Assembly (NCBI RefSeq): GCF_006345805.1
Contig: NC_043010.1
Coordinates: forward strand, 11,842,001 to 11,906,000
Source: Octopus sinensis
Taxonomy: Eukaryota
Direction: 5' to 3'
DNA: 64,000 bases
Position 1 is the stretch's first letter. Every line of letters begins with the position of its first letter. Below the pieces are notes generated by a model that was not told where the DNA came from, did no database searches, and was given only the letters and a program-made list of their open reading frames with translations. Made by a program: the position numbers and the translations under genes. Positions 50,400 to 62,685 of this stretch are shown in pieces.

Positions 50400-50692
50400 G
50401 TGTCAAATTTGTCTACAATGTCAAGGTCAGCCAGAGGAATGTCTCTGTCCAGGGAAAGAGAGACAGCTGCAGAAAGGGAAGCACATCAAGAAACGAACAG
50501 ACTGCGCACTACAAAAGCCAGAGCATCTCAAAGTGATGAACAGAGATATGCACAAGGAATAGGATCTCCACTGCAGAACAAAGAGCAGTTGCAACAGCTC
50601 AGAGAAGCAACTTCTATGAAGCAGCTTTCAATTATGATCCAGCAGTTCATTATGCAAATGACATTAGAGTTTCCATTGGTGCAATGACAACT
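50400..50692 (+). pseudogene. Helitron Rep/helicase N-terminal fragment, frameshifted
   Basis: Charged repeats RETAAEREAHQETNRLRTTKARASQSDEQR, then in another frame from 50621 AAFNYDPAVHYANDIRVSIGAMTT. This fits the Helitron AF.YDP..DY.....IG.M motif that normally precedes a Cys cluster. Confidence 0.7.
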
Positions 50693-50695
50693 GCA

Positions 50696-51089
50696 TTTAT
50701 ATATAAAAGTGAGGTTGTGTGCTGTCTGTCTCCTACGATTTAGATTCCTAACTACTCCCACATTTTGCGGTGCAGTTTAACCCAAACCGGGTATCTTATA
50801 GTCTTGATTCATATCGAGCCCTTCTGGGTATTAGCACGCGTCTACGATGAGTCTACGATTTAAAAAAAATTTTACCATCAATTTTCCCCATTTTTAATGC
50901 ATTTTGGCATATATAAGGGAAGTAACTCTCTAAAAATTTATTATTAAATCTCAGAACGTAAAAAGCTACAGTAACACCCCTTCCTTTGTGGTTAGCCATA
51001 TTGAGATGGCTATTATACTTTACATCTCTAAAAATACTTATATAGTTATTTCCCTTACAAACCCGAGCAACGCCGGGCGATACTACTAG
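50696..51089 (+). mobile_element. Non-autonomous Helitron, copy 3
   Basis: TTTATATATAAAAGT 5' end; hairpin CCCGAGCAACGCCGGG; canonical CTAG^T at 51086-51090. Confidence 0.85.
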
Positions 51090-51099
51090 TACATTATAA

Positions 51100-51330
51100 A
51101 GAATGAAGTGACCTTGAGAAACACCTGCACTTCATCCCACATCTCTCTGTAAAAACCACCCAGTACACTCTGTAAAGTGGTTGTCATTAGGAATGGTATC
51201 CAACTGTAGAAACCATGCCAAAACAGATAGCAGAGCTTGATGCAGCCTTTTGACGTGCCAGTTCCTGTCAAAACTGTCAAACCTATACCAACACAAAAAC
51301 GGCCAGTAAATGAGGATGATAATAATGATG
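51100..51330 (+). mobile_element. RTE-LINE 3' UTR (family B), diverged
   Basis: gtggttgtcattaggaatggtatccaactgtagaaacc...gtaaatgaggatgat. Confidence 0.6.
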
Positions 51331-51722
51331 TGTGTGTGTGTGTGTGTATGTGTGTGTGTGTGTACTTGTGTGTGGAGAACATTTATTCTAGATACTTACA
51401 AAGTCCTTAGCTGAACTATTTTTATCATTAGTAAGGATTTTACAGATTTCTTCACTAGTCCCTTATGTTCTGTTTAGAATAACAGAGTTCCCAGATTTAT
51501 TAGATATGAAAAAATTCTTAATAAAAAAATGTCATCTCAAACATAACCATTTCTTTAATATGTCATATGTATATATATATGAAAGTAAGGTTATTCTTGT
51601 TTATGAATTATGCGTGATTCTCTATGTGTATGTGTGTGTGCATGTGTCTGTGACTGTGTGTATGTGCATGCATGTGTGAGTGTATATATGTGTGTGTGTT
51701 TAAATATGTGATTCTGTGTGAT

Positions 51723-51783
<61 letters not shown>

Positions 51784-52550
51784 TTCTCTTGATTAGGAAT
51801 ATTTATGTCATTCCTAAGAGTATTAGTAGCATAAGTCAAGTGTAAGAACTCCAATCAGGAATATCAAATCCAGAAAGTGAATGTGCTTTGTCATGACCTT
51901 CCATCTTATCCTTTGATACAGGTCCCATTCTCCAATTAAAGGGTTCTGCATTAGATATTTCCTGAGAGTGCAGATAACCAAATACACTAATAAAATATTT
52001 ATTGATCTTATTAGCCATATTGTTTCTAGTTGTACAATAATTCATGAGAAGCGATTCTTCAATTTAAACTTCTATGCAAGTCTAAAAACTATTTATCTAA
52101 AATGCACCTCCGTCTCTCAGGAATTACTGCAAAGAGGAAAACAGTACACTATTGAAAAAATAATGATTGATATAACCCCATGTGTTATAAGGAAGTGGAA
52201 TTAACTAATCTAGTAGTTAGAGTGGATTGGTCATTATTCATGTTAGTTTTTACCCCTTTTCTGGTACAATTCATTATAGGTTTCATATTATCAAAATCAA
52301 TGCTCTTTGTTTTACAACAAGCCTGATAGGAAATATACTTATTGATCTCTTGCATAACAAAACGAAAATACTTAGAAATTCATCGATGAACTTGAAAGAT
52401 GGAGAGTACAATTCATGGTCACAGTCTGTTCCTAACCAAGCAGCAAAAAGTAATTAAATCTCCACTCGTTGTGAAGAATAGTCATACTAAAGATGAGACT
52501 GGAATTTTAGTCCAGCACTATAAAATCTACTCTTTCTGTGTCTCACTCAG

Positions 52551-52608
<58 letters not shown>

Positions 52609-52849
52609 CCCTTCTCTCTCTCTCTCTCTCATCTGCTCCTGTCAAAACTGATCTGACAAATAAATGCACAGGGAAAATAAACCTTAAAATCTTTTTTTAT
52701 AACAAAAGCTATAAATTCTGTAAGAAGTTTGCTTCTAAACAACATGGTCCTGGGTTAAGTCCCACTCTGTGGAATCTTGGGCAAGCATCTTCTGATATAG
52801 CCCTGGGCCTAACAAAGATTGTGAGTGGATTTTGTAAGCAGACACTGTA

Positions 52850-52863
52850 TATATGTATGTATG

Positions 52864-52895
<32 letters not shown>

Positions 52896-53099
52896 TGTAT
52901 GTATGTATGTATGTATGTATGCATGCATGCATGTATGTATGTATGTATATATGTATGTATGTATATGTATGTATGTATGTATGTATATATGTATGTGTGT
53001 ATGTATGTATGTATGTATGTATGTATGTATGTATGTATGTATGCATGCATGCATGTATGCATGTATGTATGTACATATGTATGAGTGTACGTATGTATG

Positions 53100-53135
<36 letters not shown>

Positions 53136-53162
53136 TGTATGTATGTATGTATGTATGCATGT
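52850..53162. repeat. (TATG)n microsatellite
   Basis: Directly visible. Confidence 0.9.
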
Positions 53163-53209
53163 ATTAACCACCAATGTTGGTCAGACCTGGCTGCAGACCG
53201 TGATGTCTG

Positions 53210-53425
53210 GCGCCAGGATAGCAATACCTCCCCCAAGCACTTGATATAGGCCTCCATGTTGAGTCTAAGGTCGTGTTGAAAGATGAATGGTGGCATAACA
53301 TCACCATCACTAGGGATCGCTGCAAACACCATGATGTTGACTGGGTGTTTGATTTTTATCACTCTGAGTACATATTTTGGGGACACAGCAAGCCAACAGT
53401 TGTTTCGTGTGTTCACCATCTGTTT
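53210..53425 (-). pseudogene. Tc1/mariner-superfamily transposase fragment, maT/DD37D-like
   Basis: NTRNNCWLAVSPKYVLRVIKIKHPVNIMVFAAIPSDGDVMPPFIFQHDLRLNMEAYIKCL.EVLLSW fits N.QN.RWLA..P..V..V...K.P..VMV.....S.GDVMPP.IF...LRLN...Y...L..VV.PW. Subfamily assignment is from recollection. Confidence 0.7.
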
Positions 53426-53854
53426 GTAGTGGAGCTTCTGGCATGAATGTCAAGCAATACAGCATGCTGTTTCTAAATTTCTGGCAGAGTGAATTGCGTC
53501 ATGGTGCTTTTTTTCTCACGGATGGTGCCCAACTGACCCTACTATACTGTGTAGTTGACAAAATCAAAAAACAAACAATGCACATGCGGGAAATCAAAAA
53601 TATAAAATGGCAACAATTCACCCATCACACCCTGTACATATATATATGCATGCATCTATACATGTCTACAGTATCCATACAACAAAATCATATATGGAAT
53701 GGCAGTGCCCCAGCATGGCCACAGCTCATGAGCTGAAACTAGATAAAAAAAATTTTTTAAATGTATGGGTGCATATTTGTCTGCATGCTGCAGTTTCCTC
53801 TGCTTTGATGTTGCATGATGGTTTTGAGTGTCACAATCCTTCATTTCCAGTTTT

Positions 53855-53990
53855 CTGAGACATGTCTGGTCATGGGAAAGTATTACTTTACTTGGTGAGG
53901 GTTGGCAACAGGAATTGGCATTTAGCCATAGAAAACCTGTCTCAACAAATTCCATCTGATTTATGCAAGGATGGAAAAGTGGACGTTAAA

Positions 53991-54043
<53 letters not shown>

Positions 54044-54178
54044 GATGATGATGATGATAATGATGATGATGAGAACAATGATGACAACAACAATGATGAT
54101 GATGATAATGATAATGACGATGTTGATGATGATAACAACAACGATGGCAAAGATGATGCTGATGATAATGATGATGAT

Positions 54179-54225
<47 letters not shown>

Positions 54226-54520
54226 GATGATGATGATAATGATGATGATGAGAACAATGATGACAACAACAATGATGATGATGATAATGATAATGACGAT
54301 GTTGATGATGATAACAACAACGATGGCAAAGATGATGCTGATGATAATGATGATGATGATGATGATGATGACGATGATGGCGATGATGGTGAGAACAACG
54401 ATGACAACGACAATGATGATGATGATGACGATGATGGTGAGGAGGAGGACGAGGATTACCATTAATAATAATGGTAATGATAATGTTGAAAATAATAATG
54501 ATGATGATATTATGATATAA
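53855..54520 (+). repeat. Family B 3' end with a ~530-bp expanded complex (GAT)n tail
   Basis: tggaaaagtggacgttaaa runs directly into the GAT-rich tract. Confidence 0.8.
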
Positions 54521-54714
54521 TAATCTTTTCTACTAAAGGCACAAGGCTTGAAATTTGGGGGTGGGGGCTAGTTGATTATATTGACCCTAGTATGTAACTG
54601 GTACTTATTTTATCAATCCCAAAAGAATGAATGACAAAGCTGATGTCAGTGGAATTTGAACTCAGAACAGATGGAATATCACTAAGCATTTTGCTCTGCA
54701 TGCTAATAATAATA

Positions 54715-54746
<32 letters not shown>

Positions 54747-55119
54747 AATGATGTTTTCTAATTTAGGAATAAGTACTTGAGTAGCTCTTTATTTTGTTAA
54801 CCCCTAAGGTGTTAATAAAATGACAGAGTAAGTTGATCTTGGTGGATTTGATCTCAGAAGTAAAGTGTCAAAAGAAATACCACAATAGACATTTTTTACC
54901 AGCTCACCACTTTTAACAATGCTTTCTGATCTAGAAACAGCTCAACAGTTTTGAGGGGATGGTTTAGTCAATTATATCATCTCAGTATTAGACTGGTACT
55001 TGTGTTATTGACACTGGCTAGATAACTGACACAGCCATAGAGGCTACAGTAGTGACAAAATACAAGCTATTAACACACAAGAGTACTTGGTAGATTACTA
55101 TATAGTCATTCAATAATCA

Positions 55120-55828
55120 AAATCAAATTCGATGACTGGCATCCATGCTAGTGGAGCACTAAGAGTACCATACGAGTGGGATCGTTGCCAGAGCAACAAG
55201 CTGGCCTCCATGCCAATGCCATGTAAAAGCACCATGCATGCATGATCGTTACCTGCATCGCCTTACTAGCACTTGTGCTGGTGGCACGTGTAAAAAACAT
55301 TTGAGTGAGGTTATTGCCAGTGCCGCTGGACTGGCTCCTGTACAGGTGGCACATAAAAAGCACCATTTGAGCATGGCCATTGCCAGTACCTATTTCTTTA
55401 CTACCCACAAGGGGCTAAACACAGAGGGGACAAACAAGGACAGACAAACGGATTAAGTCGATTACATTGACCCCAGTGCGTAACTGGTACTTAATTTATC
55501 GACCCCAAAAGGATGAAAGGCAAAGTCGACCTCGGCAGAATTTGAACTCAGAACATAACGGCAGACGAAATACTGATAAGCATTTCGTCCAGCGCGCTAA
55601 CGATTCTGCCAGCTCGCCATTACCAGTACCACCTAACAGGCCCTCATGCCGGTGGCATATAAAAGCACCCACTACACTCTCGGAGTGGTTGGCATTAGGT
55701 AGGGCATCCAGCTGTAGAAACTCTGCCAGATCAGATTGGAGTCTGGTGCAGCCATCTGTTTCACCAGACCTCAGTCAAGTCGTCCAACCCATGCTAGCAT
55801 GGAAAGCGGACGTTAAAAGATAATGATG
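55120..55828 (+). mobile_element. RTE-LINE 3' UTR (family B) with nested SINE C (55391-55617, minus)
   Basis: 13-bp TSD cattgccagtacc (55378-55390) / cattaccagtacc (55618-55630). Confidence 0.85.
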
Positions 55829-56375
55829 AATATCAGTCAAGACCTTCGTTATTTTGCATTCTAGTATCTGTCTTCAAAAGAAATTTTTTTTTTTAAATGG
55901 AAGGACACACTGGATAATGTATTCTTAGACACACAATGTCTCCTGCCAAGTGAGATGATAGTCATAGCAGGAACACTTTTTATCATAGCTTTGCTCAATT
56001 AGAGCTAAACGAAGAACGAAACAACAACAACGACATCCAGTCTAGAGGTTGATATCCTTTTAACAATGCCACTTCAAACAAAGAGTTGTTAAAAGTAAAC
56101 TGTATAAAATATAGAAGCAACATTCTAGTTTCGACCACTATAGTTCCTGTAATACATAACCATTGTGCAAATACTATAATGCTATACATAAATGATGTCT
56201 TAAGTCTGTATGAATAAGTATGTAGAGATTTTGTGTAAATAAACGGATCATAATATCAAGGCTTAAACACTAAGATAATAATATCTTTGTATGTATTTTC
56301 TTATTAATGTAGATGACATATATGAGTATGTGGTGTGGTGTGTGTGTGGTGTGTGGTGTGTGTGTGTATGTGTGT

Positions 56376-56418
<43 letters not shown>

Positions 56419-56499
56419 ATCTACATGAATAAACACACAACTGACTATGTCAATATAAATGATTGTTGTACTAAAAGAAGATAAACTTTGAACACACAT

Positions 56500-56538
56500 A
56501 CAGGCAAACACAAATATATATATATATATGTATATATG

Positions 56539-56569
<31 letters not shown>

Positions 56570-56579
56570 TATATAATAT

Positions 56580-56616
<37 letters not shown>

Positions 56617-56691
56617 TAGATAGATATATATACATATATATATCCATAAATACATACAAAAACGGAATATATATTTACATACATATATATA

Positions 56692-56722
<31 letters not shown>

Positions 56723-56830
56723 GTATGTATATATATGTATATATGTATATATATATATGTATATGTATATATTTATACAAACACACACACGCGCACACAC
56801 ACATACACACACTTACATATATACAAACAC
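56500..56830. repeat. (TA)n-rich compound microsatellite
   Basis: Directly visible. Confidence 0.9.
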
Positions 56831-57171
56831 AGATATGTACATGCGTGTGTCTATATGACATATTGTGATAATATATATACAATAGAGGCAGTGCCCAATA
56901 GAGACACAAAAGAGCTGCAAATTTATTTGGTTGCAAAATAAATAAAAAATAGTGTGTAAAAGGCAAATTTTCAGAAGGGCAGTGTCCATTAAACCCATTA
57001 GTGCCTCCAAAAGGATTTGGAGAAAATGTGAAAAGGTGAAAGTTATCCTCAGAGTTTAGACTAGGTTTGGGTTCTTACAGCATAGTGGACTTCATGATAG
57101 GCACTTATGGGTCAGGTGATGGGGTTAAGTCAAGTAACTGATTATATCTAGAAGTCATCCTTAGCCACACT

Positions 57172-57265
57172 CCAATCATCATCATCATCATCATCATCCT
57201 CATCATCATCACCATCATCATCATCATCACCATCACCATCATCATCATCATCATCATCTTCGTCG

Positions 57266-57319
<54 letters not shown>

Positions 57320-57885
57320 ACATCATCATCATCATCCTCATCCTCATCATCATCCTCATCCTCATCATCATCCTCATCCTCATCATCATCACCATCATCA
57401 TCATCCTCATCATCATCATCATCATCATCATCATCTTCGTCATCATCACCATTCAATGTCTGTTTTCCATGCTGAACGACTTGATATGAAGAACTGGTAA
57501 GACCTGGTTCCGCACCTGGTTCCATATAGCCTCTTTTGGCTCGATTTCTATAGCTGGATGCCCTTCCTAACACGAACCACCTTACAGTCAGTGTGTACTG
57601 GGTGCTTTTTAAGTGGCACCAAGACCCACACCAATGCTCCTTACATGGCACTTTAGTCTCAGGACCTCATTTCTGTTGTGGTGAGTGGACCCTCTTGAAT
57701 ACAACAATGCGACACATATCTCAGTCCTTTGACATCTCCTGCGTAAGGTTCAGCATTTTGAGATTGGCCCTCAGTACTTTGCCTCATGTCTTCCACAATT
57801 TCCCTCCACTTTAAGTGATCAGCACTTCTTTATGCAACAGTCCTCATCTCTCCACATCACATCACCAAACCAGCATAGTCTCCTC
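57172..57885 (-). mobile_element. RTE-LINE 3' end (family B, diverged) with ~280-bp (GAT)n tail
   Basis: Minus strand WFGDVMWRDEDCCIKKC*SLKVEG...KT*GKVLRANLKMLNL fits the RTE C-terminus. Confidence 0.75.
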
Positions 57886-58207
57886 TCTTGCACTCAACAT
57901 ATAAATAAATCAAACAGGGAACAGTCTCTCTGATTGGCTTCTACACAGTTACCTTCTACCAATTTGCTCCTTATTTTTTTTTTCGTGAGCCTTAGGAGTA
58001 ATAAGGCCAGAGCTTGAACTGGATTCCATGTCATATAAATGAGCACTCTGGCAGTTACGCTGATGAAGGTTCCAGTTGAGCCAATCAATAGAGCAGACTG
58101 CTCATGAAATTAACATGTAAGTAGCTGAGCACTCAGCAGACATGTGTACACCAGAACAATATAAATTTAAAGAACATGAGAGTGGGATTGGCTCTGCAGA
58201 AACCATG

Positions 58208-58650
58208 TCCAGAAATGTTAGCCTGCTGGGCGAAATGCTTAGTGGTATTTTATCTGTCTAGGTGGTGAGCTGGCCAAATCATTAACATGCCGGCCGAAAT
58301 GCTTGGCTGTATTTCGTCTGCCATTACGTTCTGAGTTCAAATTCCGCCGAGGTCGACTTTGCCTTTCATCCTCTCGGGGTCGATAAATCAAGTACCAGTT
58401 ACGCACTGGGGTTGATGTAATCGACTTAATCCGTTTGTTTGTCCTTGTTTGTCCTCTCTGTGTTTAGCCCCTTGTGGGTAGTAAAGAAATAGGTATTTTA
58501 TCTGTCTTTACATTCTGAGTTCAAATTCCACCGAGATCAACTTTGCCTTTCTTCATTTCGGGGTTTATAAATTAAGTACCAGTCATATACTGGGGTCAAT
58601 CTAATCGACTGCCCTCCCTCCACCAAAATTTCGGGCCTTATGCCTAGAAT
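58208..58650 (+). mobile_element. SINE C (58260-58491) nested inside an older SINE C
   Basis: 16-bp TSD GGTATTTTATCTGTCT at 58244-58259 and 58492-58507. Confidence 0.9.
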
Positions 58651-58906
58651 AGAAAAGAAAAATTCATTCCAATTTTGGTACAAAACCAGTGATTTGAAGC
58701 TAGAAGGCAAACCAATTACATCTATTCCAGTGTTCAACTGATACTTGTTTTATCGACTCTGAACGAATAAAAGTGAAAGTTTACTTCAATGGCATTTGAA
58801 CTCAGAACATAAAGCCAGAAGAAATGCCGCTAAACATTCTGTTTGATACCCAAATCATTCTGCCAAACCTTGTTCAGCAAGCCAAGTCACCAGCACCAAC
58901 ACCAGT

Positions 58907-59281
58907 GGAGGTGCAATGGCCCAGTGGTTAGGGCAGCGGACTCGCAGTCGGAGGATTGAGGTTTTGATTCCCAGACCAGGCGTTGTGTGTGTTTATTGAG
59001 CAAAAACACCTAAAGCTCCACGAGGCTCCGGCAGGGAATGGTGGCGACCCTTGTTGTACTCTTTCGCTCCAGCTTTCTCTCACTCTTTCTTCCTGTTCCT
59101 TGTCCCCGACTTCCTACACAACCGCTGAGCCTGGATGCATATTCATCCATCCGTCGATGCTTTTGGTGCCGGAGGTTGACCTGCTTTCTCTTCTGCAGGT
59201 CTTGCGGATAGCAAAGGACCACAATTCAGACTTCTCCCACTGCGAGCTCTGGGACGAAGACCGTTCACTCAACAGCAACAA
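58907..59281 (+). mobile_element. SINE family D, tail type 3
   Basis: Same head and body as 11685; unrelated 3' ~190 bp ending in a CAA-rich tail; caccaacacc on both sides. Confidence 0.85.
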
Positions 59282-59369
59282 CACCAACACCCTAACACTG
59301 TGCAGATGTGTCTTGTTGAACCCGCATTTGTTAAAGCGATAGTAGAGTCTATATATAATTATGTTAAAC

Positions 59370-59745
59370 AGGAGTGGCTGTGTGGTAAGTAGCTTGCTTG
59401 CCAACCACATGGTTCCGGGTTCAGTCCCACTGCGTGGCACCTTGGGCAAGTGTGTTCTGCTATAGCCTCGGGCTGACCAAAGCCTTGTGAGTGGATTTGG
59501 TAGACGGAAACTGAAAGAAGCCCGTCGTATATATGTATATATATGTGTATGTGTGCGTGTTTGTCCCCCTAGCATTGCTTGACAACCGATGCTGGTGTGT
59601 TTATGTCCCCGTCACTTAGCGGTTCGGCAAAAGAGACCGATAGAATAAGTACTGGGCTTACAAAGAATGAGTCCCGGGGTCGAGTTGCTCGATTAAAGGT
59701 GGTGGTCTAGCATGGCCGCAGTCAAATGACTGAAACAAGTAAAAC
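59370..59745 (+). mobile_element. SINE family A
   Basis: Near-complete. Confidence 0.9.
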
Positions 59746-60324
59746 AGTTCTTTCTTAAAACGGTGGCAAAATATTATTTCACATTGAAATATCACACCAC
59801 AGGAACTATATACAATGTCATTCACAGGAAGGACTGTTTGAATTGAAGTATAAAAACTACAAACGAAATTACTATATCAACACTTCTGAAGTTAAGAGTC
59901 AACCTGGATTGTTCCTATAGACATTTTCACCAAAGATAGGCATTACAAACAAAATGATGTAAATGTTACTTAAGAATACAATGATAACGAAAACGAAGAT
60001 GATCAGGTTTCTTGAAGAAGGAACATAGATAAAGGGAAAACTAAATTAACACTTTGAATTCGGCTAATTAGTCTTATAGATGAAATATGCAAATCATTTC
60101 AAATGTTGAATATTTGAATATATTAGTTCCTTGTAATCTGAATGCCAGCAATTTTGACTCTTTGTTGAATAAACAGAGAATTATTTAAAGAAGGAACATT
60201 AAACACATATATAAATATATTTATTCATTCATACATACATAGTAATATGCATACATATTTACATACAAAAATCTATAAATGTACTCATCTATCTCTCCAT
60301 ATATATATATATATATATATATAT

Positions 60325-60730
60325 ATTTCTTTACTGCCCACAAGGGGCTAAACATAGAGGGGACAAACAAGGACAGACGAAGGGATTGAGTCGATTATAT
60401 CGTCCCCAGTGCGAAACTGGTACTTTATTTATCGACCCTGAAAGGATGAAAGGCAAAGTTGACCTCGGCGGAATTTGGACTCAGAACGTAACGACAGACG
60501 AAATACCTATTTCTTTATTACCCACAAGGGGCTAAACACAGAGGGGACAAACAAGGACAGACAAACAGATTAAGTCGATTACATCGACCCCAGTGCGTAA
60601 CTGGTACTTAATTTATCGACCCCGAAAGGATGAAAGGCAAAATTGACCTCGGCGGAATTTGAACTCAGAACGTAATGACAGACGAAATACCGCTAAGCAT
60701 TTCGCCCGGCGCGCTAACGTGTCTGCCAGT
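60325..60730 (-). mobile_element. SINE family C dimer
   Basis: Same tail-to-internal GGTA junction at 60504-60507 as at 16655. Confidence 0.85.
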
Positions 60731-60766
60731 GTAACATGTGATGATTATTCGGTAGCTGTGATAAAC

Positions 60767-61055
60767 GTAATATGTGATGATTATTCAGTAGCTGTGATAG
60801 AACTCCGAGTTTTGGATGCCGAGGTGGAAATCCACGCTGCCATCTCTTCAGTTATCCAGCCATCCGAAGAATGCTATGAAAAATGACCCTAGGAATTTAT
60901 CTGTAAATATAAAAGGGTCATTTACATTAGCATTTTTCCGATGGCCGGATAAATGAAGAGATGGAGGTGTGGATTTCCACCTCGGCATCCGAAACTCGGA
61001 GTTTTATCATGGCTACCAAATAATTGGCACATATTACATTTACAGATAAATTCCT
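60767..61055. mobile_element. Fold-back locus built from two inverted copies of a ~142-nt hammerhead-containing unit
   Basis: Arms 60767-60890 and 60914-61037; 60891-60908 is the reverse complement of 61038-61055. Confidence 0.7.
60948..61008 (+). ncRNA. Type I hammerhead-like motif (this copy has C3 to A; the minus-strand copy at 60796-60856 has intact CUGAAGA but G12 to A)
   Basis: GAUAA-(C/A)UGAAGA-GAUG[...]CAUC-C-(G/A)AAA-CUC-G-GAG-UU-UUAUC. The two-copy consensus has all core residues, with one extra C before GAAA. Confidence 0.5.
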
Positions 61056-61344
61056 CTATTTACATAATATCGAGGTCTCTTTCTTTCTTTTGTTGTCTTA
61101 CCATTTTTACAAAAATATATATATATATATATACACACCAACTTGACGAATGACTATGGGTGCACCTAAGAGGTTCCCCCTCCGGCGTACAAGTCTGGGT
61201 GGAAAAAACCTCACCAGTGAAAACACAACCTAGTATTGTTTTTATGGAAGGCCTGTAGTCACCCATGCATATCAGCCTCCCATATCTGCACCACCGATGT
61301 TATCCAAAGGAAAGGCAAAGACCAATACAGCTTGGCACCAGTGG

Positions 61345-61765
61345 ATTTCGCAGACAGAAACTGAAAGAAGCCCGTCGTATATATATGTATATATATGTGT
61401 GTGTGTGTGTGTGTATGTGTGTGTTTAAGTGTTTGTGTTTTTCACCTCCAACACCGCTTGACAACCGATGCTGGTGTTTTTACGTCCTCGTAACTTAGCA
61501 GTTCAGCAAAAGAGACCGATAGTATATATTTCTTTACTACCCACAAGTGGCCAAACACAGAAGGGACAAGCAAGGACAGACAAACGGATGAAGTCGATTA
61601 CATCGACCCCAGTGCGTAACTGGTACTTTATTTATCGACCTAGTATAAGTACTAGGCTTGCAAAGAATAAGTCCTGGGGGTCGATTTTCTCGACTAAAGG
61701 CGGTGCTCCAGCATGGCCACAGTCAAATGACTGAAACAAGTAAAAGAGTAAAAGAGTAAAAGAGA
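61345..61765 (+). mobile_element. SINE A 3' part interrupted by a SINE C fragment (~61525-61640, minus)
   Basis: tagtata on both sides of the insert. Confidence 0.75.
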
Positions 61766-61789
61766 GAGAGTATAAATCAGCATAAGATC

Positions 61790-62610
61790 GCTTTCCATTG
61801 TTATTTGAAGCAAATATCACTGGAGTCTTGAAAGAAACTTAAATTACTGTTCGTTAATCATTCTGATACTCCAAGAGGAATTCAAAGTGTCTCCAAATCT
61901 AGACAACCTGTTGTATGGAAACCTAACAGAAAAGCTTTGGTTGCATAGGATTTGCTTACTGAATGGTTCATTAAACATTTCTGCCCTGTTGTCAGTTTGT
62001 TAATGTGCGAAGAATAATTTCAGGCTGAAGGCACTTCTGCTTTTGGACAATGCGCCTGGCCATCCTTCAAATCTCAATTCTCACTCTAAATATGCATACT
62101 TGCTGAAGTTGCTTTCATTCCACCAAACACAATTTCACTACTGTATCCTATGGGTGGAGGTGCAATGGCCCAGTGGTTAGGGCAGCGGACTCGAGGTCAT
62201 AGGATCGCGGTTTCGATTCCCAGACCGGGCGTTGTGAGTGTTTATTGAGCGAAAACACCTAAAGCTCCACGAGGCTCCGGCAGGGGATGGTGGTGATCCC
62301 TGCTGTACTCTTTCACCACAACTTTCTCTCACTCTTACTTCCTGTTTCTGTTGTACCTGTATTTCAAGGGGCCGGCCTTGTCATTCTCTGTGTCACGCTG
62401 AATATCCCCGAGAACTACGTTAAGGGTGCACGTGTCTGTGGAGTGCTCAGCCACTTACACGTTAATTTCACGAGCAGGCTGTTCCGTTGATTCGGATCAA
62501 CCGGAACCCTCGTCGTCGTAACCGACGGAGTGCTTCCATCCACTTTATCCTATGGATCAAAGAGTTCTATTTGTTTCAAAGGCATATTATCTAAGAAAAA
62601 CTGTTGATTA
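61790..62610 (+). pseudogene. pogo/Tigger-type (DDE_1, CENP-B-like) transposase fragment, frameshifted, split by SINE D
   Basis: PVVWKPNRKA, EWFIKHFCP, ALLLLDNAPGHP, FIPPNTISLLYPM|DQRVL...KAYYLRK. Confidence 0.85.
62156..62541 (+). mobile_element. SINE family D, tail type 1
   Basis: TSD tatcctatgg at 62144-62153 and 62546-62555. Confidence 0.9.
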
Positions 62611-62685
62611 CAATTATTAATGATAAATATCAGTCTGTCAAAAGTTCTGGAAAAATTGCAACATTGTGCAAGCAATAAAAAAATA

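Noticed and set aside
58040-58170. CTGATGA...GAAA motif in an antisense SINE D tail fragment as a hammerhead
   Set aside because: Better-preserved copies read ACGACGA or CCGATGA at that position and stems I and III do not form cleanly.
58983-59575. 119-aa and 153-aa ORFs
   Set aside because: Read-through of adjacent SINE D and SINE A sequence; the same peptides recur at every SINE copy.
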